NCBI GenBank assembly: GCA_963843575.1
Contig: CAWJKZ010000010.1
Coordinates: 416,001 to 480,000, forward strand
Source: an uncultured Acidobacteriota bacterium
GTDB lineage: Bacteria; Acidobacteriota; UBA6911
Length of the DNA stretch: 64,000 bases
Reading direction: 5' to 3'
Shown: positions 1-10,166 of the stretch, in pieces
Position numbering within the stretch: position 1 is the stretch's first letter
Layout: each line of letters opens with the position of its first letter
Position numbers and translations under genes: made by a program
Notes under the pieces: generated by a model
Seen by the model: only the letters and a program-made list of their open reading frames with translations
Database searches by the model: none
Told to the model about the DNA's origin: nothing

Positions 1-325
1 CAGGCGTGCTGTACGGCTTGGTGACGAAGTCGTCGGCTCCGGCGTCAAGGGCTGCAATCTTGTCCTTCTCGCTATCGCGTACCGTGAGCATGATGATCGC
101 AGCCTCCGAAACCGAACGGATCCGTCTACAGGCCTCGATCCCTCCCACGCCCGGCAAGTTAATGTCGAGCAGGACGAGGTCGTACGGCTGCTTCCCGAGT
201 ATGTCGAACGCCTCCTCGGCCGTGCGCGCCGCTCCAACCTCGTGCCCCTGCGCAATCAAGGTGACCTTCATCACCCGGCGTATCTGTGGATCGTCATCCA
301 CAACCAGAACTCGTGCTGCACTCAT
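1..325 (-). CDS. kdpE: KdpE-type OmpR-family response regulator (N-terminal part; runs off the window edge)
   Basis: Minus-strand translation MSAARVLVVDDDPQIRR...DLVLLDINLPG...GADDFVTKP. The ATG overlaps the kinase stop codon (ATGA). Lies at the end of the kdp operon. Confidence 0.88.
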   Translation of the reverse strand, partial: MSAARVLVVDDDPQIRRVMKVTLIAQGHEVGAARTAEEAFDILGKQPYDLVLLDINLPGVGGIEACRRIRSVSEAAIIMLTVRDSEKDKIAALDAGADDFVTKPYSTP

Positions 326-1812
326 GGCGCTGTCCTCGTCCTCGCATGCGGCAGACGGATCACGAATTCCGCCCCCTGCCCGGGCACCGAATCGACCCAG
401 ATATCTCCTGCGTGCGCCACCACGATTTCCCGTGCGATGGCGAGACCCATGCCGGTTCCCGGGACGTGGCCGCGAGCGTTGGCGCCGCGGTAGAACTTTT
501 CAAAGATTCGCGACATCTCGGACTCGGAGATCCCCTCTCCCTCATTCCGGATGGCGATCACTATTGAATTGCCATCTGGAACCGCACTGATCCGGACAGG
601 CGATGCCGGAGGCGAATACTTCACCGCGTTGTCGATCAGGTGGCGCACGACGAGTTGCATCAGTTCGAGGTCGACGGCTACGGCGGGCAGATCGTCGGCG
701 ATTGAGAGTTCGACGGCTCTCCCGTCGAGGGTGGCCCGCATCTGGTAGAGTGAGTCCTCGACGAGGGCCCGAGCGGTGCACGGCTCTCTTTTCAGCTGCA
801 GATTCCCGGCATCGATCCGCGATAGATGAATGGCTTCGTTCACGAGCACGTTCAGTTGCTCCACAGATTCATCGATGATGCTCAGCGCCTGCTGCCGGTC
901 GTTCAGTTCCACCACGGTTGAGGAAAGGATAGCGGTGATGGCCGCCTTGATCGACGTGATCGGAGTCTTCAGTTCATGGGCCAGCGCATCCATCAATGTC
1001 GATTTCAGCTCTTCGCTTTGCCGCGCCACGTCGGCGCGAATTGCCGCTTCCTGGGCATGGGCCTTGGCGAGGCCGAGCGATACCAGGCTCAGGAGTGCAT
1101 CCAAGGCCGCCTCGGAAATCAGGCGGTCTGTCAACGCCAGGCTCCCAATCGGATCCCCCCCGAAGGTGACGGGCACTACCAGGACTTGGTCCTCCGCGGC
1201 GCGGATGCTGCCCCCCTGAACGGCAACTTCGCGAAGGCGGGGCTGGATCCCTGGCATGTCGTCAGCGCCGGCCAGCCACGTATGGTCAGCGCCCCTGTCA
1301 TACAGGGCAACATAAGGAATTTCGTAAATCCGAGCTACGTGCTGCGTGATCTGTTCTCCCACGGGTTGATGAGGATCGGAAACCAGGATCGCCCGGCTGA
1401 GCGCATAGAGCCTCTCAACCTCGAGACGGCCGCTCAAGGCTTCGCGTGTCCGCCGGCGGGCACGCTCGGACATTTGGCTGGCCGTGACGGAGGTGATGAG
1501 AAATGCGAGCAGGGCTATCCAGTTGAGCGGGTCTTCGATGTTGAGAGTACCGACCGGCGGAAGGAAGAGCAGGTTCAGAAGAAAGGTTGCGCCAAAAGAT
1601 CCGGCGAGCGCTTCCGGGAGCCCCCATCGCGCGGCCACGAAAAGAATGGTGACCAGGTAGAGGAACCCAACCGTCATCGGGTTAAGGACAAGCCACCGGC
1701 TGCAAACAAACGATTCGATTCCGACAATCGCCAGTGTTGCAGCGATACGAAATGCGATTAAGAGCATACGAGGCCGCACCGCGATCTCCAGCAATTGACT
1801 ATTATGCGCCAT
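322..1812 (-). CDS. kdpD: KdpD-like sensor histidine kinase (4-TM DUF4118, GAF, HisKA, HATPase) lacking the N-terminal KdpD/Usp domains
   Basis: Four hydrophobic segments, H-box ALAHELKTPIT, N-box NAVKYS, G-box GTGMGLAI. Only 496 aa and starts directly at the TM domain. Confidence 0.85.
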   Translation of the reverse strand: MAHNSQLLEIAVRPRMLLIAFRIAATLAIVGIESFVCSRWLVLNPMTVGFLYLVTILFVAARWGLPEALAGSFGATFLLNLLFLPPVGTLNIEDPLNWIALLAFLITSVTASQMSERARRRTREALSGRLEVERLYALSRAILVSDPHQPVGEQITQHVARIYEIPYVALYDRGADHTWLAGADDMPGIQPRLREVAVQGGSIRAAEDQVLVVPVTFGGDPIGSLALTDRLISEAALDALLSLVSLGLAKAHAQEAAIRADVARQSEELKSTLMDALAHELKTPITSIKAAITAILSSTVVELNDRQQALSIIDESVEQLNVLVNEAIHLSRIDAGNLQLKREPCTARALVEDSLYQMRATLDGRAVELSIADDLPAVAVDLELMQLVVRHLIDNAVKYSPPASPVRISAVPDGNSIVIAIRNEGEGISESEMSRIFEKFYRGANARGHVPGTGMGLAIAREIVVAHAGDIWVDSVPGQGAEFVIRLPHARTRTAP

Positions 1813-1884
1813 CTTATCGGTGCATCACATGCAGCCTGAGTCTAAGGCCTCCCCCGCCAAGTCCCGCTGACATGCGCGCCCCTG

Positions 1885-3492
1885 TCAAAATTTGATGAGC
1901 AAGGCGACGGTGAACCTTCTCTCGTACTTGCGAAGATCGGGTGTAAAACCGGGCACGACTGAGCCCGGCGGACTGATGTTGCCACCCGGCGGCGTCACCC
2001 CTCCAGGTCCGGAAAAATAAGGTACGTTCGACGCGCGGTTATTGTACTCGAAACGGAAGGTCGAGAACTGCCTGGGCATATAATCGAAGGTGACCGAAGC
2101 GTCCCAGGCTTTGTACTTGTCCCCGGGACTCGCCGTGAAGTAAGGCGTTCCGGAGAACGCCGTCGCTCCATTGATCGGCGGTATCAGCACCAGGTAGCGT
2201 CCCGGGTTTGTGATCGCACCACCGCCGAACGTCAAACCGAACAGGTCGTTGTGGAACCAGAACCGGTTGTAGGCCATGAATCCGAGGAAGTACTGCGATG
2301 GCTTGCCGGGAGTACCGCCTGCGCAATTCACGCCACTGTCGCGGCCGTATTCACATCCCGCATCGAACGTAAACGTGAATGCTGCCTTGCTCAAAGGGTC
2401 CTGCGGACTGTCGAGGTATTTGACCTGAATGCTATTGTCGGTATGTATGCGCTTGCGGCCGGGTAATCCCAGCGTGTCTGTGCCCCAGTACTGGTTTCCG
2501 AGGATCGAAATCGAGCCGTTCGGGCGCCACAAGATCTGCATTCCGACACCAGGGGCCTTGTTGAACTTGCCGTAGGACTGCCATCCGTTGACGACCCAGG
2601 GCTCAATCTTCAGCTTTTCGTTGGGAAAAATCTGAATCCGCACGCCATTGAAAAACCACGGCGTGTTCGAGGAGACATACGACGGCTGATACGCCCAGTT
2701 GTCGAATTGGTAATAGCTGAACAGGCCCACGTACGACATGAAGATTCCCGCATCAATGTTGATGCCGTTCAACTTGTCAATGTGGTATCCCCCGTATGCT
2801 TCAGAGATGTAGCGATAGGCGTTGTCCAGGTTCCATTCGCCTCGCGCAGGGCTGGCGTCGTTACGCGGTGTCGTTTGCGAGTACATCCCGAACTGCGTCA
2901 TAAACCGTCCCCGAACATTGTTGTAGTGAAAATCGCCGCCTACGCCGAGTTGCGTGAGCTGGACTTCGTCCGACCTGAATACCTCGCTTGACCCACCGAT
3001 CGTGTGATCCTGTGGATCGTTGAAAGAGTGGTGGTAGGCCGTGTCGAATCTGATTTCGCCAGTGAAGACTTTTGTGTCGATAGGCGATTCCCTCGCACGC
3101 GGGTTGCCGGTCAGCCATGTGAAATCAGCGAAGGCGAACGGCTCCATTCTCCCAGGCTCAGAAGGCGTCCCCGCAAGATCAACTGGCGCGTTCAAAGCTG
3201 ATTTGGGTCTTGCCTCCTCTGGACACAAGTCGCGGGCGTCCGTATCGGAACCGGGCTGAACTGGATCAGCCGCAGGCTTAACTGCCCTGCGGGACTCAAG
3301 CTCGGCAACCCGGCGCTCCAATTTCTCAATTCGGTCGAGCAGCATTCGTTCGCGTTCGGCCGATTCGGAAGATACGGCGGCCGGCCCGGCTTGTGCAGGC
3401 CGGGTCTCGGCTGCCTGTTGTGCGAGCACCCGGGCTGATAGCAGCACGAGAATCACAGCCACACCTAGAACGTGTCTGCGGAAGGTAGGCAT
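1885..3492 (-). CDS. Outer-membrane beta-barrel porin (BBP2/DUF1597-like) with N-terminal coiled coil
   Basis: Signal peptide, coiled coil LLDRIEKLERRVAELE, aromatic-rich amphipathic strands, C-terminal Phe (ALLIKF). Located inside the kdp operon. Confidence 0.75.
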   Translation of the reverse strand: MPTFRRHVLGVAVILVLLSARVLAQQAAETRPAQAGPAAVSSESAERERMLLDRIEKLERRVAELESRRAVKPAADPVQPGSDTDARDLCPEEARPKSALNAPVDLAGTPSEPGRMEPFAFADFTWLTGNPRARESPIDTKVFTGEIRFDTAYHHSFNDPQDHTIGGSSEVFRSDEVQLTQLGVGGDFHYNNVRGRFMTQFGMYSQTTPRNDASPARGEWNLDNAYRYISEAYGGYHIDKLNGINIDAGIFMSYVGLFSYYQFDNWAYQPSYVSSNTPWFFNGVRIQIFPNEKLKIEPWVVNGWQSYGKFNKAPGVGMQILWRPNGSISILGNQYWGTDTLGLPGRKRIHTDNSIQVKYLDSPQDPLSKAAFTFTFDAGCEYGRDSGVNCAGGTPGKPSQYFLGFMAYNRFWFHNDLFGLTFGGGAITNPGRYLVLIPPINGATAFSGTPYFTASPGDKYKAWDASVTFDYMPRQFSTFRFEYNNRASNVPYFSGPGGVTPPGGNISPPGSVVPGFTPDLRKYERRFTVALLIKF

Positions 3493-3600
3493 CCAACGAG
3501 CATTCCTTTCTCCAAAGCTGAGCCGGCGAGGCTAAGCCGGCTTGCCTTCGAGGTCGCCATCTGGCACCCGTTCAGCCCCACGGCGCACCGAGGGGCGCGG

Positions 3601-4176
3601 CTACGTGCGTGGGAATAACCGATCCAGAGCGAGGTTCAATTCGAGCACCGATACGCGCGGCTCGCCCAATATGCCGAGGTCGGGCCCGATGGTATGACTT
3701 CGGACGAGGTCGTGGATGCGATCAGGGATGGCGTGGCGAGCTTCGGCGATCCGCGCGACCTGGGCCTCGGCGGCCGCCGGGCTGATATGGGGATCCAGCC
3801 CGCTTGCGGAAGTTGTAACGATGTCGGCCGGAATCGTATCCCTGAACTGGGGATTCTCCTTCCTGAACTCAACTGCCGAAGCTGCAACACGGTCGACCAG
3901 CTTTCGGCTGGTCGGGCCGAGGTTGGAGCCTCCCGAAACAACCGTGTCGTAACCAGCGCCGGCCGCCGAGGGTCGCGGATGAAAGTATTCAGGACGCGTG
4001 AACCTCTGGCCGATCAACGCCGACCCGACAACCCTGTTGTCGACGACGATCATGCTGCCGTTGGCCTGTCGCGGGAAAAGCAGTCGGCACAGCCCCGTCA
4101 CGATCCCGGGATACAGCAATCCGGTGAGTACCGTCATGATTAGGGTGAAACGGATTCCAGTTGCTGAATGCTTCAT
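3601..4176 (-). CDS. kdpC: K+-transporting ATPase subunit C
   Basis: Motifs QANGS, YFHPRPSAAG, SGGSNLGP, TSASGLDPHIS, VLELNLALD. Start set at MKHS with GGAGA RBS. Confidence 0.95.
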   Translation of the reverse strand: MKHSATGIRFTLIMTVLTGLLYPGIVTGLCRLLFPRQANGSMIVVDNRVVGSALIGQRFTRPEYFHPRPSAAGAGYDTVVSGGSNLGPTSRKLVDRVAASAVEFRKENPQFRDTIPADIVTTSASGLDPHISPAAAEAQVARIAEARHAIPDRIHDLVRSHTIGPDLGILGEPRVSVLELNLALDRLFPRT

Positions 4177-4216
4177 GCAATTTCTCCAAAACCAGTTCCC
4201 GTCTGGCGACCGGGAC

Positions 4217-6352
4217 CTACTGTACCAGCCCCAACGCGACAACGATTTTGTCGACCAGCCAGATGCCGGGGAAAGGGACGACAACCCCGCCGAGACCATA
4301 GATGAGCAGGTTGCGGCGTAACAGGGCGGCCGCACCGGCAGCCCTGTATTTGACGCCGCGCAGAGCGAGGGGAATGAGCGCGATGATGATCAGCGCGTTG
4401 AAGATCACGGCTGCCAGCACTGCGCTCTGAGGCGAATGCAGCCCCATAATGTTCAGTTTGCCCAACTGCGGATACATCGCCGCAAACATCGCCGGGATGA
4501 TCGCAAAATACTTGGCAATATCGTTTGCGATGGAAAAGGTGGTCAGGGCGCCGCGGGTAATCAGCAACTGCTTCCCGATCGCAACGATCTCGATAAGCTT
4601 GGTCGGGTTGCTGTCCAGGTCGACCATGTTCCCGGCCTCCTTGGCGGCCATAGTGCCCGTATTCATCGCGACACCGACATCCGCCTGTGCCAGTGCCGGC
4701 GCGTCGTTGGTGCCGTCGCCCGTCATCGCGACCAGCCGGCCCTGCGCCTGCTCCTTTCGAATGTAATCTAGCTTGGCCTTGGGTGTTGCCTGAGCCAGGA
4801 ACGTGTCCACGCCCGCTTCGGATGCGATCGCAGCGGCTGTAAGGGGGTTATCCCCCGTGATCATGACCGTGCGGATCCCCATGGCCCGGAGTTGGGCAAG
4901 CCGCTCACTCATCCCGCCCTTCACCACATCTTTCAGGTGAACGAGCCCCAGAATTCTCGCCCCGTCTGCCACCGCAAGCGGCGTGCCGCCCGTGCGCGAA
5001 ATGCGGTTTGAAGCTGCGAGAAATCCCTCGGGCAGAGTGCCACCCTGGTCCCCGACGTAGCGCACGATCGCGTCCGTTGCCCCCTTGCGCAGGCGCCGGC
5101 CGTCCAGATCGACTCCGCTCATGCGCGTGAAAGCAGAGAATGGAATGAAATGGGCCTCCTGCTCCCCCAACTCTCGGCCGCGCAGTTGGTATTTCTGTTT
5201 GGCCAGCACGACGATCGACCGCCCCTCCGGTGTTTCGTCGGCGAGGCTCGAAAGCTGGGCCGCGTCCGCAAGTTCGCGTTCCGTGAAGCCCGGAACAGGG
5301 ATGAACGCGACCGCCTGCCGGTCGCCCATCGTTATTGTGCCGGTCTTGTCGAGGAGCAACGTGTTCACATCGCCCGATGCTTCGACGGCCTTGCCGCTCG
5401 TGGCAAGCACGTTGTGTTGCATGACGCGGTCCATCCCCGCGATGCCGATGGCGGAAAGGAGCCCTCCGATGGTGGTCGGGATGAGGCAGACCAGCAGCGA
5501 TACGAGTACCGCAACTGACGGCGCGGTGCCCCCGCCCACGGCCCGGATTGCATACGCGGCGTAGGGCGGGAGGGTCGCCACCGCAAGCACGAATATCAGG
5601 GTAAGCCCGGCAATCAGGATGTTCAGGGCTATCTCGTTCGGTGTCTTCTGCCGGACAGCACCTTCGACCAGCGCGATCATGCGATCCAGAAAGGTCTCGC
5701 CGGGATTCGAAGTGATGCGGATGGTGATGTGATCGGACAAGACCCTGGTCCCGCCCGTAACGGCACTCCGGTCGCCGCCGGATTCGCGGATAACGGGCGC
5801 GCTTTCGCCGGTAATGACAGACTCGTCCACGGTCGCGATTCCTTCGACAACCTCGCCATCGCCTGGGATGAGATCACCCGCGGCGCAGTTGACGAAGTCG
5901 CCAGCGCGCAAGGTGGACGCTGGTACGGACTCGGTTCGACCTCCGGGTAGAAGCTTCGCGGCGACCGCGTCGCTCTTGGCCTTGCGCAAGGCGTCTGCCT
6001 GCGCCTTCCCTCTCGCTTCCGCCATCGCCTCCGCAAAGTTCGCGAACATCACGGTAAACCAGAGCCACAGGGCGATCTGGACGCCGAATCCGAGACCTGC
6101 TGCCCCGACAACCGCGTCTTTTGCGACCAGCACCGTGGTGAGAGCGGCCCCGACTTCGACCACGAAGATGACCGGGTTTTTGGCGACCACAACCGGGTTG
6201 AGTTTCAGCAGCGCATCCCGGGACGCCCGTTTCAGTATCTCCGGATCGAGCAGCGGCCTCGCCCTCAACCCCTTCCCGGCAATGAGCGGTGTTCCCGGTT
6301 TGTCCGCCGGTTTCGGAGTGTATTGGGGTGGTAACGATGTGGTCGTTGACAT
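4217..6352 (-). CDS. kdpB: K+-transporting P-type ATPase subunit B
   Basis: [15 protein letters not shown], phosphorylation motif [15 protein letters not shown]. Confidence 0.98.
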   Translation of the reverse strand: MSTTTSLPPQYTPKPADKPGTPLIAGKGLRARPLLDPEILKRASRDALLKLNPVVVAKNPVIFVVEVGAALTTVLVAKDAVVGAAGLGFGVQIALWLWFTVMFANFAEAMAEARGKAQADALRKAKSDAVAAKLLPGGRTESVPASTLRAGDFVNCAAGDLIPGDGEVVEGIATVDESVITGESAPVIRESGGDRSAVTGGTRVLSDHITIRITSNPGETFLDRMIALVEGAVRQKTPNEIALNILIAGLTLIFVLAVATLPPYAAYAIRAVGGGTAPSVAVLVSLLVCLIPTTIGGLLSAIGIAGMDRVMQHNVLATSGKAVEASGDVNTLLLDKTGTITMGDRQAVAFIPVPGFTERELADAAQLSSLADETPEGRSIVVLAKQKYQLRGRELGEQEAHFIPFSAFTRMSGVDLDGRRLRKGATDAIVRYVGDQGGTLPEGFLAASNRISRTGGTPLAVADGARILGLVHLKDVVKGGMSERLAQLRAMGIRTVMITGDNPLTAAAIASEAGVDTFLAQATPKAKLDYIRKEQAQGRLVAMTGDGTNDAPALAQADVGVAMNTGTMAAKEAGNMVDLDSNPTKLIEIVAIGKQLLITRGALTTFSIANDIAKYFAIIPAMFAAMYPQLGKLNIMGLHSPQSAVLAAVIFNALIIIALIPLALRGVKYRAAGAAALLRRNLLIYGLGGVVVPFPGIWLVDKIVVALGLVQ

Positions 6353-6354
6353 AT

Positions 6355-8148
6355 TCAGCCCTGGAAAAGAACCGCTCCGCGCATGAGCAGATGCTCCACC
6401 ACCGGACCCAGCGACAGCACCGGGAAGAACGTGAGGGCACCGACAATGACAACCGTTCCCACCAGCAAACCAACGAACAGAGATCCGTGGGTCGGCAGCG
6501 TCCCACTCGTGAAAGGGACGCGCCCCTTTGCGGCCAGGCTCCCCGCAATGGCGAGGATCGGTACGATAAACAGGAAACGCCCGATCAACATCGCGAGCCC
6601 GATCGTCAGGTTGTACCAGGGAGTATTCGCGTTCAGCCCGGCGAAGGCGCTCCCGTTATTCCCCGTTCCGCTGGAATAGGCATAGAGTATTTCGGTGAAC
6701 CCGTGCGGTCCGCCGTTGTTCAGATTCGCCGTTGCAGGCCCGGGAGGATTCCAATACCCGTCTTTGGCAAAAGGGATCACCGAACTCAGGCCGGAGAAAA
6801 CAAGGATCGTGGCGGCCGCGGCGAGCAACGCAATCATCGCCATCTTCACTTCTTTCTGTTCGATCTTTTTGCCGATGTATTCCGGGGTCCGGCCAACCAT
6901 GAGACCCGCGATGAAGACGGCGAGAATCGCATAGACCAGCATCCCGTACAGGCCCGAACCCACTCCACCGAAGATGACTTCACCGGTCTCGATATTGAAC
7001 AGCGCGACCAACCCTCCCAGGGGCGTCAGGCTGTCGTGCATAGTGATTACCGCCCCGCAACTGGCATCGGTCGTGATCGTGGCAAACAGGGCTGAAGCCG
7101 CATTCCCGAAACGGACCTCCTTGCCCTCCATGTTGCCGCCGGGCTGCGCGCCTGTGTAATAGCTTTCGACTCCCGTGCCGGCCAGCACGGGATTGCCGGC
7201 CTGTTCCGACCAGTAGCTGGCGAATGCCCCTGCCAGAAAAAGAGCAGACATGGCAGCCAAGATCGTCCAGCCCTGGCGCGTGTCGCCCACCATCCTGCCG
7301 AACGTGTAGGTCAGGCCGGCCGGGATGCACAGAATAAGCAGCATCTGGAAGAAGTTCGACAGCGGCGTCGGGTTTTCATAGGGGTGCGCCGAGTTCGCGT
7401 TGAAAAAGCCGCCGCCGTTGGTCCCCAGCATTTTGATCGCTTCTTGAGATGCGACGGGCCCCTGCGGCAGTACTTGAATGCCTCCCTCGACTGTCTGAAC
7501 GGTTTTGTAGCCACCGAAATTCTGGATGACACCCTGGGAGCAAAGGAAAAGTGCCGCTGCGAGGGATGCGGGCAAAAGGATGTAAACGGTGCAGCGGGTC
7601 AGATCCACCCAGAAGTTGCCTATGGCAGTCGCGGTCTGCCGGGCGAAACCACGGATCAACGCGATGGCAACGGCTATCCCGACTGCTGCAGAGGCAAAGT
7701 TTTGGACGGCCAGGCCCGCCATCTGTACGAAGTAGCTCATCGTGATTTCAGGCACATACGACTGCCAGTTCGTGTTGGTCATGAAACTCACTGCAGTATT
7801 GAAAGCCAGGTCGGGGGTGATGCTGATGGCATCTTTCGGAGCGCCCGCCGTGCCGAAATGTTGCGGATTGAATGGCAACAGCCCCTGGAGGCGCTGCATC
7901 GCGTACAGCAGCAGGAAACTGCTCAGGCTGAACGAGAGCAGGGACGCGGCATACTTCGACCACCCCTGCTCGCTATCCTCCTCGACACCTCCGAACCGGT
8001 AGATCAGTTTCTCGAGCGGACGCAGGAGCGGGTGCAGGAAGGTCCGTTCGCCTTCGAAGACCCGGAGCATGAACAGCCCGACGGGTTTGGCAATGGCCAG
8101 CAAGACAGCAACATAGATGAGGATCTGGACGACACCGGCAGCGCTCAT
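6355..8148 (-). CDS. kdpA: K+-transporting ATPase subunit A
   Basis: [42 protein letters not shown] motifs. Confidence 0.98.
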   Translation of the reverse strand: MSAAGVVQILIYVAVLLAIAKPVGLFMLRVFEGERTFLHPLLRPLEKLIYRFGGVEEDSEQGWSKYAASLLSFSLSSFLLLYAMQRLQGLLPFNPQHFGTAGAPKDAISITPDLAFNTAVSFMTNTNWQSYVPEITMSYFVQMAGLAVQNFASAAVGIAVAIALIRGFARQTATAIGNFWVDLTRCTVYILLPASLAAALFLCSQGVIQNFGGYKTVQTVEGGIQVLPQGPVASQEAIKMLGTNGGGFFNANSAHPYENPTPLSNFFQMLLILCIPAGLTYTFGRMVGDTRQGWTILAAMSALFLAGAFASYWSEQAGNPVLAGTGVESYYTGAQPGGNMEGKEVRFGNAASALFATITTDASCGAVITMHDSLTPLGGLVALFNIETGEVIFGGVGSGLYGMLVYAILAVFIAGLMVGRTPEYIGKKIEQKEVKMAMIALLAAAATILVFSGLSSVIPFAKDGYWNPPGPATANLNNGGPHGFTEILYAYSSGTGNNGSAFAGLNANTPWYNLTIGLAMLIGRFLFIVPILAIAGSLAAKGRVPFTSGTLPTHGSLFVGLLVGTVVIVGALTFFPVLSLGPVVEHLLMRGAVLFQG

Positions 8149-8157
8149 CTCAACACC

Positions 8158-8241
8158 TCAAAAACGCTCCGGCCGGAGCAGGGCGTAAATCAGATACCCG
8201 CAAAGGCAAACGGCGGCGACACCTGCGATAGCGTATTCCAC
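8158..8241 (-). CDS. kdpF: KdpF micropeptide (27 aa, MEYAIAGVAAVCLCGYLIYALLRPERF)
   Basis: GTG start, single TM, signature YLxYALLRPERF, immediately upstream of kdpA. Not in the supplied ORF track. Confidence 0.92.
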   Translation of the reverse strand: MEYAIAGVAAVCLCGYLIYALLRPERF

Positions 8242-8252
8242 GGAGGTTCTCC

Positions 8253-8336
8253 CTAAAGACGGTCACAGGCCCTGGTAAAGCCCCATATCAGGGCAAAAAA
8301 GAGCAAAGCGACGAGCAGATAGAAAAGGTCCGACAT
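8253..8336 (-). CDS. Second hydrophobic micropeptide upstream of kdpF (27 aa, MSDLFYLLVALLFFALIWGFTRACDRL)
   Basis: ATG preceded by GAGG, single TM, stop a few nt before the kdpF RBS. Read directly from the sequence. Confidence 0.75.
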   Translation of the reverse strand: MSDLFYLLVALLFFALIWGFTRACDRL

Positions 8337-8345
8337 TGTTGTGCC

Positions 8346-8804
8346 TCACAAAGCCTCGATCAGCACGCGATGCCCGCGTTTTCGCAGGCCCCTGGCGAGC
8401 GGAACCATCTCCGACTCCGACAGCCGCCAGCGGCTACCTGGAGCGATCAGCACGACAGAGCCGGGTTTCAGCGGCAGCCCTGCAAGATCCAGGAGCGTCC
8501 GACATAAGAGGATGGATAATCGGGCCCGGCGTCCGTCGTGCTCCGTGATCGTCGCGAGCCTCTTTCGAATGAAGACGGGATCAATAACCGGGCGACTCAA
8601 GTCGAGCGGGTAAGGAATGATCTGGGGGACGAAAACGTTGACGACCGTGTCAGGGCTCCGGGTCAGATCAAGGGCCGTCACCCAGGCGCGGTGAGATGCC
8701 TGCAGGTCCAAAATAATCAGATTGACCTCGAGCTCGTTTGCGGGTGCCACATCGGACAGCGGTTGGAGGTTTTCGCGACCAACCGTCTCGGCTCCGGGTT
8801 TCAT
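8346..8804 (-). CDS. Hypothetical protein, Usp-like alpha/beta fold, first gene of the kdp operon
   Basis: GGGGAGG RBS before MKPG. Pattern VNLII...VVNVFVPQIIPYPL...SILLCR...SVVLIA...LARGLRKRGHRVL resembles Usp topology (inference). Confidence 0.6.
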   Translation of the reverse strand: MKPGAETVGRENLQPLSDVAPANELEVNLIILDLQASHRAWVTALDLTRSPDTVVNVFVPQIIPYPLDLSRPVIDPVFIRKRLATITEHDGRRARLSILLCRTLLDLAGLPLKPGSVVLIAPGSRWRLSESEMVPLARGLRKRGHRVLIEAL

Positions 8805-8850
8805 CTTCGCCTCCCCAATCACATCCCGAGCACAGATTACGCGCGGATCC

Positions 8851-8888
8851 ATAAACAAGGCATAAACGGGGGCTAAGGATTTTGTGAA
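8851..8888 (-). promoter_or_regulatory. Putative KdpE binding site (11-bp phased direct repeats)
   Basis: Minus strand TTCAC-N6-CTTAG-N6-TTTAT-N6-TTTAT upstream of the operon, like the TTTAY-N6-TTTAY KdpE/OmpR box. Confidence 0.65.
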
Positions 8889-8978
8889 GGTGAAGTGGGG
8901 CAATTTAGCAGGGATCACGGCCGGTCCTCGTAAGACCTACCGAAAATCAGCCTGAGTATGTCGGGGGGGGTTGCTTCT

Positions 8979-9215
8979 TCAGAGGCCTGGCGCTGGCTTG
9001 GCGAGCAGGGACTGGCTCTGCCGGAGGCCGTCGATCTCCTCGGGAGCAGCTTGAGGCCCAAGCCCTCGACGCTCGAGCAGCCGCACGATGCGGCGGCAGA
9101 CCGTGCCGGCAATGCGGGCAATGACTTCTATTTGGAGAGGCGCACTCGCCCGAGGCGGCGAGCGGCTGCTTCTCGGGCGGCACGCATATTGGCGCGGGTT
9201 AAGTTCCACGTACGC
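8979..9215 (-). mobile_element. Degraded IS91-like (Y2) transposase remnant
   Basis: Peptide IARIAGTVCRRIVRLLERRGLGPQAAPEEIDGLRQSQSLLA resembles the post-HUH segment of IS91-family transposases. No intact gene. Confidence 0.5.
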
Positions 9216-9338
9216 GAAGCGAGGACATAACCCCGTTTGCGTCGCATCCTTAAGCGGTCCGGCCCCCGGTCGAACAGCCGGAGCGTGACCGTTGCGGCAC
9301 CGTTCCATGGCCCTCGATCCAGCTTTCCGATGAATTCT

Positions 9339-10166
9339 TCAGTGGAAGGATTCGATCGCGAGCATTGGAGTGCCGTCCTTCGTCGATGTCCCTGCCAGCA
9401 GGGTTCTCTTGGGGGGGACCCGCGTCAGCGCGGGTTGCGGAAAGACCGCTATGCGTTTGTGCAGCAGGACCGTCGGGCCGATCACGATGACGGCAGGGGG
9501 CTGGACCTCCTCCCATCCTTCCAAGGCTTCGGCCAGCGTCGTCACCACCGCGCGCTGCGACTCCAGCGTTCCGCTCTCGATGACCGCGACCGGCACCGAG
9601 CCGTCGACACCGTCGTCGAGCAGGAGGCGCCGGATTTCCGGAAAGCCGTCGACGCCCATCAGGATTACCAGGTTTCCGGCACTGCGATAGAGAGCAACAT
9701 AGTCGGGCGTCGAAGCCCCGGCGCACCGGTGCCCCGTCACAACCGCGAAGCTGTCCGAAACACCGCGGAACGTCAGGGGGATGCCGGCCGCAGCCGGCAC
9801 CGCGAGCGCGCTCGTTACCCCCGGAACCACTTCAAAAGCAATGCCTCTCGCGGCGAGGAAAGCTGCTTCCTCGCCCCCGCGCCCGAAAACGAATGGATCT
9901 CCCCCCTTCAGACGCACGACGGTCTTGCCCATTGCGGCGTACCTCGCGAGCTGTTCGTTGATGTGGTCCTGGCAGAGGGCGTGCGCTCCCGGCTTCTTTC
10001 CCGCATAGATCCGTTCGGCTTCGGCCGGAGCCTCCTCGAGCAGCGCAGAACTCACCAGGCGGTCATAGACGATCACGTCGGCCGCGCGGATGCGCTCCAG
10101 GCCGCGCAGCGTGATGAGCCCTGGATCTCCGGGGCCGGCACCCACAATGTACACTTTGCCGTTCAT
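9339..10166 (-). CDS. cobA: Uroporphyrinogen-III C-methyltransferase (SirA/CobA, CysG C-terminal type)
   Basis: VGAGPGDPGLIT, VVRLKGGDPFVFGRGGEE, VPGVTSA. Confidence 0.95.
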   Translation of the reverse strand: MNGKVYIVGAGPGDPGLITLRGLERIRAADVIVYDRLVSSALLEEAPAEAERIYAGKKPGAHALCQDHINEQLARYAAMGKTVVRLKGGDPFVFGRGGEEAAFLAARGIAFEVVPGVTSALAVPAAAGIPLTFRGVSDSFAVVTGHRCAGASTPDYVALYRSAGNLVILMGVDGFPEIRRLLLDDGVDGSVPVAVIESGTLESQRAVVTTLAEALEGWEEVQPPAVIVIGPTVLLHKRIAVFPQPALTRVPPKRTLLAGTSTKDGTPMLAIESFH

